Below, piece by piece: positions 9,664 through 19,853 of a DNA stretch of 64,000 nt. Source of the DNA: a bacterium. Lineage in GTDB: Bacteria; SAR324; NAC60-12. Every line of letters begins with the position of its first letter. Position 1 is the first letter of the stretch. The DNA is taken from positions 544,001-608,000 of the forward strand of contig CBDBHR010000030.1 in assembly GCA_965205865.1 (NCBI GenBank), written 5' to 3'. Under the pieces are notes generated by a model. It was not told the DNA's origin and ran no database searches. It saw only the letters and a program-made list of their open reading frames with translations. Position numbers and translations under genes: made by a program.

Positions 9664-12105
9664 ATGATAAAAGAAAATAAAAAAATGCTCGTCAACGTCG
9701 ATGATGACGAAACGCGTATTGCCGCGGTCACCGGGAATACCCTGGACAATCTCCACGTCGAACAGACGGGAACCAATCGAATGATTGGCAACATCTATCG
9801 TGGCAAGGTGGTCAAAGTGCAGAGTTCCTTCCAGGCCGCTTTTGTGGAATACGGGGCGGAGCGTCACGGGTTTCTGGCGTTTTCGGACGTCAACTTTCAG
9901 GTCATCAAAGCTGCCGATAATCCGCTTAGTAAATCTGCCATTGAAAAATTTCTCAAGCCCGGACAATGGGTCATGGTACAAGTGACCCGCAATCAAATAG
10001 GACGCAAAGGGGCGAGTCTGACGACCCATATCAGCCTGCCGGGACGTTTTCTGGTCTTCATGCCCAACAGCAACAAGGGAGGCGTTTCCAAGAAAATCGA
10101 GGATTTGGAAACCCGGGCGCGCTTGAAGCATTTGCTCGAGGGACTGTGTGGCGAGAAAGATTCGGCAATCATCCGCACTGCCGGAGTGAACCGGGGCGCA
10201 TCCGAACTGAAGCGGGATTTCATGGCCCTGCGCCGCAAATGGAACGAAATCCTGAGAAATTATGAAAGCGCCGCCGGACCCGGACTTTTGTATGAGGAAG
10301 AGGACGTGGTGGTGCGCACCTTGAGAGACTATTTTATCGACGACATTGCTGAAATCTGGATTGATCACCCGGAAACCTTTCAACGAGCCCGGGAGTTTTT
10401 CAAGGCCAATATTCCCAACCGCCAGAAGCGCCTGCAATTTTATTTGGGAGAACGTTCCCTGTTTTCGGATTATGGCATTGAAAACCAAATCGAACAGCTC
10501 AGCAGTAACCATGTGCCACTTCCTTCAGGAGGGAGCCTGGTGATCGATCCCACCGAGGCCTTGGTGGCGATCGACGTCAATTCAGGACGTTACAACCAGA
10601 GCCATGATATCGAAGAGACGGCACTGCGCACCAATCAGGAGGCGGCCGAGGAAGTCGCCCGTCAGCTTCGTTTGCGGAATCTGGGGGGCTTGATCGTGAT
10701 TGATTTCGTCGATATGACTGGCGAGGAAAACCGCAATGCCGTTGTCAGAACGATGGAAGAGCGCTTGCAGGACGACAAAGCCAAGTGGACCCTGGGGAGT
10801 ATTTCACAATTCGGTTTGCTCGAAATGAGCCGGCAGCGCATCGCCAATGCGCTTTCCCAGGAAATGAAAACCACCTGTCCCACTTGTGGCGGGATGGGGG
10901 AAGTTCTTTCGGTTTCCTCCCTGGCCAACGCGGTTTTGCGGAAAATCCGGGATCTGGCTGCAACTGCGGTGCGCGGGAGTGGCGAGATCATTGAAATCCA
11001 TAGCCTCGTTCCGGTGGAATTATCCAATCATTTGTTCAATAAGAAACGGCAACAGTTGGATGAACTCGAAGTTGAATTCGGCATCAAGATAGTGCTGACG
11101 GCGGATCTTTCCGCAGATCCCGGAAAATTGCCGGATTTCGAGGTGCTCAACAGAACGGCCGGTACCTCGGAAACGGTCGGTGGAAGCGGGAAAAAATCAT
11201 TGCGGGAAGAAGAGAAGACTCCCAAGGACAAGGAAGAGAAAGAAAAATCAGGAAAAAACCGGCGTAAAAAGGAAAAACCGGCGGCTCTTTCACAGCCATC
11301 CGAAAGCATGGAAGAAGCAAAAACCGCAGTCGACCCGGCGGAAGAACCGGTGGATTCCAATAAGGATTTACCTGGCGAAGTGGAAAAGCCACCAAAACCC
11401 GTCCCCTTGTATAGCAGCGCCCACCAGCCTGGGCCCGCAGAGCAGGCAGGCGTCGCGCCACCGGCGCTTCCCTCCGCAAAAGCGAATCCCCCTGATGAGA
11501 ATGGCAAAGACGTTCCTCCGTCCACCGTGCTTTTCAGCAGTTCCCATCGTGATTCACGGCAAAACCGGATCAGTCCCCCTCCCCCGGCCCCTCCCTCCAG
11601 GGGAGGGGAATTGATCGATCGCGCTCCGGAGGTTGCGGAACCGGTGGATCATATCAGCGCGGCCGGGGTTGCCGTTTCCGAGCCGGTGAACGAGCCCGCC
11701 GCCGTGGAGGTTCCGCCACCAGTTCCCGTCGCCGGGGAAAAGGCGCCGGCCAAGCCACGCGGCTCCACGAGGCGAAAGCCGACTCAAAAAAAAGAAACAG
11801 CCGAGCCGGCCACGCGGAGTGAAAAAAAACCGAAGCCAAAACCCCGCAATGCTCCCAAAAAAGCGGAAGATACTGCGGAAAAGAAGGACGAAAGCGCAGC
11901 CGTGACTGCAAAGGCGGGCAAGAAAACTGCTGCAGAAACCGTGAAGAGCAAATCGAAAAAAACGACGACTCCTTCAAAAGCAGAACCCACTGCCACTGAA
12001 AAGGCGGCCAAAAAAGCTCAGCCGACCACCGCTAAAAAGGCAGCCGGGACGAAAACCGCAAAGTCGGGCAAAGCAGTCCGCCAAAGCGGGAAAACAACGG
12101 AGTGA
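9664..12105 (+). CDS. rne: Ribonuclease E/G family protein with long disordered C-terminal tail
   Basis: GNIYRGKV, QAAFVEYGAERHGFL, TEALVAIDVNSG, RLRNLGGLIVIDFVDM and CPTC Zn-link motifs; Pro/Lys/Ala-rich tail. Confidence 0.93.
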   Translation: MIKENKKMLVNVDDDETRIAAVTGNTLDNLHVEQTGTNRMIGNIYRGKVVKVQSSFQAAFVEYGAERHGFLAFSDVNFQVIKAADNPLSKSAIEKFLKPGQWVMVQVTRNQIGRKGASLTTHISLPGRFLVFMPNSNKGGVSKKIEDLETRARLKHLLEGLCGEKDSAIIRTAGVNRGASELKRDFMALRRKWNEILRNYESAAGPGLLYEEEDVVVRTLRDYFIDDIAEIWIDHPETFQRAREFFKANIPNRQKRLQFYLGERSLFSDYGIENQIEQLSSNHVPLPSGGSLVIDPTEALVAIDVNSGRYNQSHDIEETALRTNQEAAEEVARQLRLRNLGGLIVIDFVDMTGEENRNAVVRTMEERLQDDKAKWTLGSISQFGLLEMSRQRIANALSQEMKTTCPTCGGMGEVLSVSSLANAVLRKIRDLAATAVRGSGEIIEIHSLVPVELSNHLFNKKRQQLDELEVEFGIKIVLTADLSADPGKLPDFEVLNRTAGTSETVGGSGKKSLREEEKTPKDKEEKEKSGKNRRKKEKPAALSQPSESMEEAKTAVDPAEEPVDSNKDLPGEVEKPPKPVPLYSSAHQPGPAEQAGVAPPALPSAKANPPDENGKDVPPSTVLFSSSHRDSRQNRISPPPPAPPSRGGELIDRAPEVAEPVDHISAAGVAVSEPVNEPAAVEVPPPVPVAGEKAPAKPRGSTRRKPTQKKETAEPATRSEKKPKPKPRNAPKKAEDTAEKKDESAAVTAKAGKKTAAETVKSKSKKTTTPSKAEPTATEKAAKKAQPTTAKKAAGTKTAKSGKAVRQSGKTTE

Positions 12106-12187
12106 TCCACTCGAGCGCTGAGCTGAATTGGCGTTTCGACCTTGCGGTCAGCTGGAGTGGTGTTCCACGAAAGGCGTGATAAAGGCT

Positions 12188-13729
12188 ATGTCGACCCGCA
12201 AAACATCCGCACCGCAACAGCAAAGTAAGGGGGAAACCCGGGCGGGGGTCCGCTCTTCCAATCCCCTCGAGGCGCGTTCCGCGCTTTATGGTCTGTTGCC
12301 TTCGATCAGGGAAGTCGATCATTATCTGAAAGCGCGCGATCTGCACTTTGGTAAACCGGTGCGCGCCCATGTCAACGGGGTTCTGGACGGATTGCGGGAA
12401 GAAATTTCAGCTTCAATCAATCCCCCTCCCCTGGAGGGAGGGGCCAGGGGAGGGGGATTGGCGGAGGGTGGAGAGCCGGCGGTCCCCCCTTTGCCGTTTT
12501 CCAGCAAAGAGCAAATCCTGGAGCATCTGGCTGCGATCGTCAGGCAGCGGGGTCAGATCAGTATTCGTCGCGTGATCAATGCGACCGGCGTGGTCATTCA
12601 TACCAATCTGGGCCGCGCTCCTATTTCGCGGAAATTGATCGATTCGATTCTGCCGCTGCTCTCTTCTTATGCCACCGTCGAGTACGATTTGGAATCCGGC
12701 AAACGCGGCACCCGTGGCGAGGGAGTGAGGAATCACCTGCGCTTTCTATCGGGAGCGGAGGACGCGCTGGTGGTCAACAACAATGCCGCGGCGCTTTATT
12801 TGATGCTGGTGGCCCTGGCTTACGGAAAGGAAGTGATTGTTTCCCGCGGGGAACTCATGGAAATAGGTGGATCCTTCCGCGTTCCGGACATCATGCGGGC
12901 TGCCGGCGTTCGACTGGTGGAAGTGGGAACGACCAACCGCACGCGTCTTTCCGATTATGAAAAAGCCATCAACGGCAATACGGCCGCCTTGCTGAAAGTT
13001 CATCCTTCCAATTACGAGATGCGGGGATTTGTCGAGGAGACGCCGGTTGCCCAAATTTCCCGGTTGGCGCGCGAGCATGAACTGTTCGCGTTCCATGATC
13101 TGGGAAGCGGCAATTTCTATCAATTCGAACAGCCGGCCTTGCGGGGTATCTCCACGGTGCAGTGGGAAGTACGCAGTGGAGTCGACCTGCTGACCTTCAG
13201 TGGAGATAAATTACTGGGCAGTACCCAGGCAGGCATCGTGGTTGGTCGTAAAAATCTGATCCGCCGACTTGCCCGCCATCCCCTGTTCCGCGTGCTGCGT
13301 TTGGACAAGATCACCATGGCTTTGCTGGAAGTCCATCTGGCAGCCTATTTTCAAATGGAGACACTGGCCAGCGCCATCCCCACCATCGGACTATTGGAAC
13401 AATCGAGCGACGCCATCCGGCAAAAGGCGGAGACCGTGCTGCGCTCCCTCAGCATTCCTCCTCGATGCGGCTGGTCCTGCAAGTTGGCAGCGGCAGCTTC
13501 CCTGAGCGGAGGTGGGGCTTTGCCGGAAATTTATCTCGATTCCTATTGCCTGGTGCTGGAACACGTCACTTTGCCTGCTGAAAAAATCCAGCAGTTTTTC
13601 CGACAACAGGAGATACCGGTCATTGCAAGAGTGCGGAACAACCAGGTCTGGCTGGATTTCCGCACGGTTTTTCCCGAGGAATTTCCCCTGATCACTCGCG
13701 TTCTTCATCAACTGTTCGCTGCTCAATGA
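12188..13729 (+). CDS. selA: L-seryl-tRNA(Sec) selenium transferase
   Basis: VINATGVVIHTNLGRA, VVNNNAAA, SRGELMEIGGSFRVPDIM, EVGTTNRT and FSGDKLLG (PLP lysine) motifs. Start codon uncertain. Confidence 0.95.
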   Translation: MSTRKTSAPQQQSKGETRAGVRSSNPLEARSALYGLLPSIREVDHYLKARDLHFGKPVRAHVNGVLDGLREEISASINPPPLEGGARGGGLAEGGEPAVPPLPFSSKEQILEHLAAIVRQRGQISIRRVINATGVVIHTNLGRAPISRKLIDSILPLLSSYATVEYDLESGKRGTRGEGVRNHLRFLSGAEDALVVNNNAAALYLMLVALAYGKEVIVSRGELMEIGGSFRVPDIMRAAGVRLVEVGTTNRTRLSDYEKAINGNTAALLKVHPSNYEMRGFVEETPVAQISRLAREHELFAFHDLGSGNFYQFEQPALRGISTVQWEVRSGVDLLTFSGDKLLGSTQAGIVVGRKNLIRRLARHPLFRVLRLDKITMALLEVHLAAYFQMETLASAIPTIGLLEQSSDAIRQKAETVLRSLSIPPRCGWSCKLAAAASLSGGGALPEIYLDSYCLVLEHVTLPAEKIQQFFRQQEIPVIARVRNNQVWLDFRTVFPEEFPLITRVLHQLFAAQ

Positions 13730-13817
13730 AACGTGGCATCCGAAAGTCCGGCGCAAAACGGTCTTGAACCTATCAGCAATATGATTCATAACAGCTTAAA
13801 TTTTTTATTCTCTTTCA

Positions 13818-15176
13818 ATGGCTCCATCCCCTCCTCGACAGAGGCTTATGACAGACACGTTGACTGAACAAGCGCAAATTGCCCGGCGCGCTTCCCTCGA
13901 GTTGGCTAATTTGCAAACAAGCCGGAAAAATCGGGTACTGCAAGCGATTGCGGAAAACTTGCGTCTGAACCGGCAGAAAATCCTGCAAGCCAACGCCTTG
14001 GATCAAGTGCAGGCCAAAGCGATCATGGAAGCGGGAAAGCTTTCTGCTTCCGCCTTCGCGCGGGTTTCATTGAATGAAAAAAAAATCGAGCAGATGGCGC
14101 TCAATATGGAAAGCGTGGCTCGCTTGCCGGACCCCGTCGGAAAAATCGAAAGGGGCACGCGGCTGGCGGATGGTCTGGAACTTTACCGGGTGTCCTGTCC
14201 ACTGGGGGTCATTCTGGCGATTTTTGAATCACGGCCCGAGGTGCTTGCGCAGATTTCCGCCTTGGCGATCAAGTCGGGCAACGCGGTGATTCTCAAAGGA
14301 GGCAGCGAGGCGCAACACTCCAATCAAGCGCTGGCCCGGTTGATAGGGGAAACGCTGGCCCGGTTCGATTTCATGCCGCAGGGAACGACGTCGCTGCTCA
14401 ATACCCGTGCGCAAGTGTCCCGCATTCTGCAAGCCGCTGACTGCATCGATTTGATCGTCCCACGCGGAAGCAATTCCCTGGTGCGCTACGTCCAGGCCCA
14501 TTCCCGAGTGCCCGTGCTGGCCCATGCGGATGGCATTTGCCACGTTTATCTCGATTGCCGGGCCGACCTGGGCAAGAGTGAGGAAATCGTACTCGATGCC
14601 AAGCTGCAATATCCGGCGGTCTGCAACGCTATGGAAACGATGCTGGTTCATCGAGCATTCCCTCGATCTTCCCTGGTGGATATCCTGAAAAAGCTGCAAG
14701 ACGCCGAGGTGGATTTGCGTGTTTGTGAGACGACCCGACAGCGTCTGCAGGGAGTCGATTCATTGCGTCTGAAAGAAGCATTGCCGGAAGACTGGGTGAC
14801 GGAATACGGCGATTTGATCCTTTCCGTAAAAACGGTCTCTTCTCTGCAGGAGGCTGTGGCCCACATCAATGCTTTCGGTTCCAAACACACGGACGCGATC
14901 GTCACCGAAAACAAGGAAAAGGCGGAATGGTTCATGAATCAAGTGGACGCGGCCAATGTCTTTTGGAACGCTTCCACCCGATTTTCCGATGGCTTTCGCT
15001 ACGGATTCGGCGCCGAAGTGGGAATCAGCACCAGTAAAACCCATGCCCGTGGTCCGGTGGGATTGGAAGGGCTGGTGATTTACAAATACAAATTGTACGG
15101 GCAGGGACAAAGCGTGGGGCGTTTCGAGGGATCAGGCGCTGATTACCTGCATGAAGCGATCCCACCCGTTCAATAG
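13818..15176 (+). CDS. proA: Gamma-glutamyl phosphate reductase
   Basis: PLGVILAIFESRP, KSGNAVILKGGSEA, PAVCNAMET and NASTRFSDGFRYGFGAEVGIST motifs. Confidence 0.96.
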   Translation: MAPSPPRQRLMTDTLTEQAQIARRASLELANLQTSRKNRVLQAIAENLRLNRQKILQANALDQVQAKAIMEAGKLSASAFARVSLNEKKIEQMALNMESVARLPDPVGKIERGTRLADGLELYRVSCPLGVILAIFESRPEVLAQISALAIKSGNAVILKGGSEAQHSNQALARLIGETLARFDFMPQGTTSLLNTRAQVSRILQAADCIDLIVPRGSNSLVRYVQAHSRVPVLAHADGICHVYLDCRADLGKSEEIVLDAKLQYPAVCNAMETMLVHRAFPRSSLVDILKKLQDAEVDLRVCETTRQRLQGVDSLRLKEALPEDWVTEYGDLILSVKTVSSLQEAVAHINAFGSKHTDAIVTENKEKAEWFMNQVDAANVFWNASTRFSDGFRYGFGAEVGISTSKTHARGPVGLEGLVIYKYKLYGQGQSVGRFEGSGADYLHEAIPPVQ

Positions 15177-15186
15177 ATGAAAAGAG

Positions 15187-15849
15187 ATGCGATTGATTTT
15201 TTTAGGCGCCCCGGGGTCGGGTAAAGGAACACAGGCGCAAAAGTTCGTGAAGGATTTTGGTATCGTGCAACTTTCCACGGGCGATATGCTCCGCAAGGCG
15301 GTGGCTGGCGGGATGGAAATCGGACTGAGAGCCGCGGCGGTGATGGAGTCGGGCCAACTGGTAGCCGACGAAATCATGATCGGCATTATCCGGGAACGGC
15401 TTGCGGCGCCGGACTGCGCCAATGGCTATCTCCTCGACGGCTTCCCACGCACGGTGGCGCAAGCCGAAAAACTGGATGAGTTGCTCGCGGAAAGAAAGGA
15501 AAGGATCGATGCCGCTATTTATTTGATGGTGGCAGACGATTTGTTGCTCAGGCGAATCATGGGACGGCGCGTGCATCTGCCCAGCGGTCGCGTTTATCAC
15601 GTCGAATTCAATCCACCCCGAATCCCCGGCAAAGATGACGTCAGCGGCGAAGTCCTCACGCATCGAAAAGATGACACCGAGGACACGGTCAGGGAACGCC
15701 TGGCCGCATATCTCGAACAAACCGAACCCTTGACCGGCTACTATGCGAAGGCCGGGATGCTCGCAAAGGTGGACGGGGTCGGAGAAATCGAAGAAATATA
15801 TTCCCGTATCAAAAGCGCTGTTTCCCGTTGTGGCGAGGAGAACCTTTGA
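15187..15849 (+). CDS. adk: Adenylate kinase
   Basis: GAPGSGKGTQA, STGDMLR, LLDGFPRT, LID domain, RKDD. Confidence 0.97.
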   Translation: MRLIFLGAPGSGKGTQAQKFVKDFGIVQLSTGDMLRKAVAGGMEIGLRAAAVMESGQLVADEIMIGIIRERLAAPDCANGYLLDGFPRTVAQAEKLDELLAERKERIDAAIYLMVADDLLLRRIMGRRVHLPSGRVYHVEFNPPRIPGKDDVSGEVLTHRKDDTEDTVRERLAAYLEQTEPLTGYYAKAGMLAKVDGVGEIEEIYSRIKSAVSRCGEENL

Positions 15850-15871
15850 AACCATCACGACAACCGTGAGC

Positions 15872-16327
15872 ATGGATTTAACAAAAGAACTGGAACAACG
15901 CCTGCACCGGGATATCGCCATGACACGACACATGGGACTGCGCGTCGAAGAGTATGGTGGCAAAGGCTTGGTGCTCAGCGCTCCCCTGGCAAAAAATCTC
16001 AACCACAAACAAACCGCTTTCGGAGGCAGTTTGAACAGCCTGGTGACTTTGGCGGGATGGGGTATGGTTTATCTCCTCTTGAAGGAAATGGGACGGGAAG
16101 CCCATATCATCATTCAGGAAAGTGAGATTTCGTATCTCAAACCGGTGAAGGATGATTTTCAGGCAATTTGCCCTCTTCCCGAAGAGCAAGTGCTCTTCAA
16201 ATTCCAAAGGATGATCCGCAAAAAGAAAATAGGGCGGATTTCGTTGCCTTCTTTCATATACCGGAAAAAGGAATTGGCTGTCTCATTCCAGGGAAGCTAC
16301 GTGGCCACCGTCTTTTCTGAAAGATGA
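15872..16327 (+). CDS. YiiD C-terminal-like hot-dog thioesterase
   Basis: APLAKNLNHKQTAFGGSL and ISYLKPV motifs. Confidence 0.8.
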   Translation: MDLTKELEQRLHRDIAMTRHMGLRVEEYGGKGLVLSAPLAKNLNHKQTAFGGSLNSLVTLAGWGMVYLLLKEMGREAHIIIQESEISYLKPVKDDFQAICPLPEEQVLFKFQRMIRKKKIGRISLPSFIYRKKELAVSFQGSYVATVFSER

Positions 16328-16374
16328 TAAAGCGTCCTTCGTTCAAGTTATCCAAGTTATCGGGAGTCACCTAG

Positions 16375-18174
16375 TTGCAGCAACAGTACATACGAAATTT
16401 TTGCATCATCGCTCACGTCGATCATGGCAAATCCACTTTGGCGGACCGTTTGATGGAACGCACCGGTGCCGTCAGTGCCCGGGAATCCCGCGATCAGCTG
16501 CTCGATTCCATGGATATCGAGCGGGAACGGGGCATCACCATCAAATCTCAGACGGCCAGCCTGCGATACGAAGCCGGGGATGGCCACACTTATTTGTTGA
16601 ATCTGATCGACACTCCCGGACACGTTGATTTCAGCTATGAAGTGTCACGCTCCCTGGCTGCCTGTGAAGGGGCCCTCTTGGTCGTGGACGCGGCACAGGG
16701 TGTAGAGGCCCAGACGCTGGCCAACGTTTACCTGGCATTGGACAATGACCTGGAGATTCTGCCGGTGCTGAACAAGATCGACCTGCCCACCGCTCGCGCA
16801 GATCAGGTTTGCCGGGAAATCGAAGACCTGATCGGTCTGGATACCAGCATGGCCGTCCGTGCCAGCGCCAAGCAAAACACGGGCATTGCCGAAATCCTGG
16901 AGCAAATCGTGGCTTTGATCCCTCCTCCCCGCGGGGTGGTGAAAGCGCCGTTGCGAGCCTTGATTTTCGATTCCTGGTTCGACGCCTATCTGGGCATCGT
17001 CGTCATGGTGCGGGTGGTGGACGGCAAGGTCCGGCTAGGGGATAAAATCCGTTTCATGGCAACCGGGAGGGAATATGAAGTCCTGCAATTGGGAAATTTC
17101 AATCCCTTTCAGCAAGAAAAAAAAGTATTGCTGAGCGGAGAGGTGGGATTTATCAGCGCCTCCATCAAAACCATCGGCCACACTAAAATCGGGGACACGG
17201 TAACCTTGCGCGATCACCCGGCGCGAGAGCCCCTGCCGGGATACGCTGAAGCGAAACCGGTGGTTTTCAGCGGAATCTATCCCCTGGAAAGCGAGGCTTA
17301 TGAAGAACTGAAGGACGCTCTGCGCAAACTGACCCTCAACGACGTCTCCATCACCTATCAGCCCGAAAGCTCGGCAGCCCTCGGTTTCGGGTTTCGTTGC
17401 GGGTTTTTAGGGTTGCTCCACATGGAAATCGCTCAGGAACGCCTGGAACGTGAATTCGAGTTGCAACTGATCGCCACTGCGCCGACGGTTATTTACCGGG
17501 TTCACTTGAAGAATGGGGAGGTCTTGCAAATCGACAATCCTGCGCGACTGCCCCCTGCCATGGAGATCGATCGCATCGAGGAACCTTTCGTCCGTGGAAA
17601 AATAATGAGCCCCCCGGAATTTCTCGGCAATCTCTTGTCGTTGTGCCAGGAAAATCGCGGAATTCAGCTCGGCATCGAATACCCGACGCCCGACCGCACC
17701 CTGCTCATCTATGATTTTCCCCTCAACGAGATCATGATGAATTTTTATGATCGCTTGAAATCGATTTCGAGAGGTTATGCTTCCTTTGATTATGAACTGC
17801 TCGATTACCGGAAAGGCGACCTGGTCAAACTGGATTTAGCGCTCAACGGCAACCCGGTGGATGCTCTCTCGCTGATCGTGGCCAGGGTGAACGCCTATTA
17901 CCGGGGGCGGGAACTGGCGTCCAAAATCAAGAGTCTCATTCCGCGACAGATGTATGAAGTGGCCATTCAGGCAGCTATCGGTACTAAAGTGATTGCCCGG
18001 GAAACCCTGGGCGCCCTGCGCAAAAACGTGACGGCCAAATGTTACGGAGGAGATATCACCCGCAAACGCAAGTTGCTGGAAAAACAAAAAGAAGGGAAAA
18101 AACGAATGAAACGTCTGGGAACCGTGGAGGTGCCTCAGGAAGCATTCATGGCAGTCTTGAAACTGGACAAATGA
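16375..18174 (+). CDS. lepA: Elongation factor 4
   Basis: [37 protein letters not shown] and [28 protein letters not shown] start. Confidence 0.98.
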   Translation: MQQQYIRNFCIIAHVDHGKSTLADRLMERTGAVSARESRDQLLDSMDIERERGITIKSQTASLRYEAGDGHTYLLNLIDTPGHVDFSYEVSRSLAACEGALLVVDAAQGVEAQTLANVYLALDNDLEILPVLNKIDLPTARADQVCREIEDLIGLDTSMAVRASAKQNTGIAEILEQIVALIPPPRGVVKAPLRALIFDSWFDAYLGIVVMVRVVDGKVRLGDKIRFMATGREYEVLQLGNFNPFQQEKKVLLSGEVGFISASIKTIGHTKIGDTVTLRDHPAREPLPGYAEAKPVVFSGIYPLESEAYEELKDALRKLTLNDVSITYQPESSAALGFGFRCGFLGLLHMEIAQERLEREFELQLIATAPTVIYRVHLKNGEVLQIDNPARLPPAMEIDRIEEPFVRGKIMSPPEFLGNLLSLCQENRGIQLGIEYPTPDRTLLIYDFPLNEIMMNFYDRLKSISRGYASFDYELLDYRKGDLVKLDLALNGNPVDALSLIVARVNAYYRGRELASKIKSLIPRQMYEVAIQAAIGTKVIARETLGALRKNVTAKCYGGDITRKRKLLEKQKEGKKRMKRLGTVEVPQEAFMAVLKLDK

Positions 18175-18207
18175 AACAATGGATTGATCTTCGGGGAAAA
18201 AAGCAGT

Positions 18208-18265
18208 GGGGGCGCCCGCGAGGGGTGCTTCAATCATCTCCGTAGGGGCGCCCTCGCGGGTGCCC
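18208..18265. repeat. GTAG-type REP-like inverted pair between convergent lepA and SprT genes; possible bidirectional terminator
   Basis: GTAGGGGCGCCCTCGCGGGTGCCC (18242-18265) with an imperfect inverted copy at about 18210-18233. Confidence 0.55.
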
Positions 18266-18775
18266 TTAGGATTGATCATTGAAGGCATAAATCACTTTCG
18301 CCCTGCAATAGCGGCAGACCAGATTTTTCCGTTTGCGGTGCACTTCCCGTTTCCAGCAGTGGTTTGAGCATTGCTGAATATATTTCGCTTCAACGAATTT
18401 CAGGGAGTGACAGCGCTGGGCTTTGCAACCGATCGCCAAGGCGACCTGTCGCCAGACCCGGTCATGTCCGCGCATGGGAGTGAGCGCGTGAGCGATTTCA
18501 TGCAAGATGGTATCAGTGATTTCGGCATGAAGAGCATGGACGGTGAAATGTCTTGAAAGGGAGATTAATTTTTTATCGTAGCGACACTGGCCCGCTCTCG
18601 ACCGGGCGTGATCGAATTGAAATTGCCATCCCTTTTGGATCAATCCATGCTTGCGCATCAAACAGTGGGCTTCCCGATTCACCTCTTCCTGCCGGGCTGT
18701 TTGCTCCTGTTTACCGGGAATATCCTGCTCCCGGTTGCAATTCCGGCGCTCATTCTTTTGTTGATTCCGCATCAT
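18266..18775 (-). CDS. SprT-like zinc metalloprotease domain protein
   Basis: RAGQC, TILHEIAHAL, GHDRVWR and C-terminal Cys pairs. Confidence 0.85.
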   Translation of the reverse strand: MMRNQQKNERRNCNREQDIPGKQEQTARQEEVNREAHCLMRKHGLIQKGWQFQFDHARSRAGQCRYDKKLISLSRHFTVHALHAEITDTILHEIAHALTPMRGHDRVWRQVALAIGCKAQRCHSLKFVEAKYIQQCSNHCWKREVHRKRKNLVCRYCRAKVIYAFNDQS

Positions 18776-19025
18776 TCATCCTTGCCTGGTAGGGGGAACC
18801 ACATTGTTACGATGCCGGTGCCTGTTCATTTCTTGATTCCGCATCATTCATCCTTCCCTGGTAGGGGGGAACCACATTTTTGTTTGCAACTATTCAGGTG
18901 CGAGTTTGCTGGGTTTGCGGGTATTTTCCTTAGAAAAAGCGCACTAAATCATCCACTTTTGAGGTATTTTGACGCAATTTAGAGGTTCTGTCGACCTCTA
19001 TCCCAGTGTTTTCGCACCTCAATAG

Positions 19026-19236
19026 TTAGTGCTTGGCCGAAAAATACTCAAATTGCTGGTATTAAATGACATTTCTTCAATTTCACAGGATGAAGATTTG
19101 TTTGATACAGTGTTCAGATGGCCAGAATCAGCAAAAAATGGGATTTTTGATAAGTTTTCCCAAAATCTTCGTTTCTTGAAAATAGGTGAATACCATTAAA
19201 TATCATGTAGTTATCTAATTTTCAGCCAAGCACTAA
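19026..19236. mobile_element. Putative MITE, about 210 bp, AT-rich
   Basis: Terminal inverted repeats TTAGTGCTTGGCCGAAAA / TTTTCAGCCAAGCACTAA (17 of 18 match); no ORF inside. Confidence 0.6.
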
Positions 19237-19408
19237 TTACTTTTGTTTTAATAGAGGTAATGGTATTTGGGGTCATATTGCTCGGTGTCTTCTCGACCGC
19301 AGAGAGAGATCTTCAAGGGTCCTCCGGAAACCGGGATTTCAATGTTTCTCTCTCCTCAGGTTTCGCTGGCTTGGACCAAATAGTCAATTCATACGAAGTT
19401 GCGCATAT

Positions 19409-19724
19409 AAAGAATCCCCCTCCCTTGGAGGGAGGGGCCAGCACGGGAAAATCCCCCTCCCCTGGAGGGAGGGGCCAGGGGAGGGGGACAGCAGCCCAAA
19501 GAATCCCCCTCCACGCCAAGAATCCCCCTCCACGCCAAGAATCCCCCTCCACGCCAAGAATCCCCCTCCCTTGAAGGGAGGGGCCAGCACGGGAAAATCC
19601 CCCTCCCCTGGAGGGAGGGGCCAGGGGAGGGGGACAGCAGCCCAAAGAATCCCCCTCCACGCCAAGAATCCCCCTCCACGCCAAGAATCCCCCTCCCCTG
19701 GAGGGAGGGGCCAGGGGAGGGGGC
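19409..19724. repeat. Composite tandem array of GC-rich palindromic element
   Basis: Five copies of AATCCCCCTCCC(C/T)TG(G/A)AGGGAGGGGCCAG interleaved with five 19-bp truncated units AAGAATCCCCCTCCACGCC. Confidence 0.9.
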
Positions 19725-19853
19725 GCGAAGCTGGAAGATCCCCCCCGACGTCAAAAAATTCACTACTCGTCGGGTTGTCTTGATTATCCTAAAGATTTCA
19801 GTATTACTCATTGAATCACAACTATTTTTTATTATTTTCCCTATTCCGGAGCC

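Noticed and set aside
19409-19724. CRISPR array or Gly/Pro-rich CDS
   Set aside because: Nested tandem repeat with no unique spacers; the overlapping ORFs on both strands are products of the repeat.
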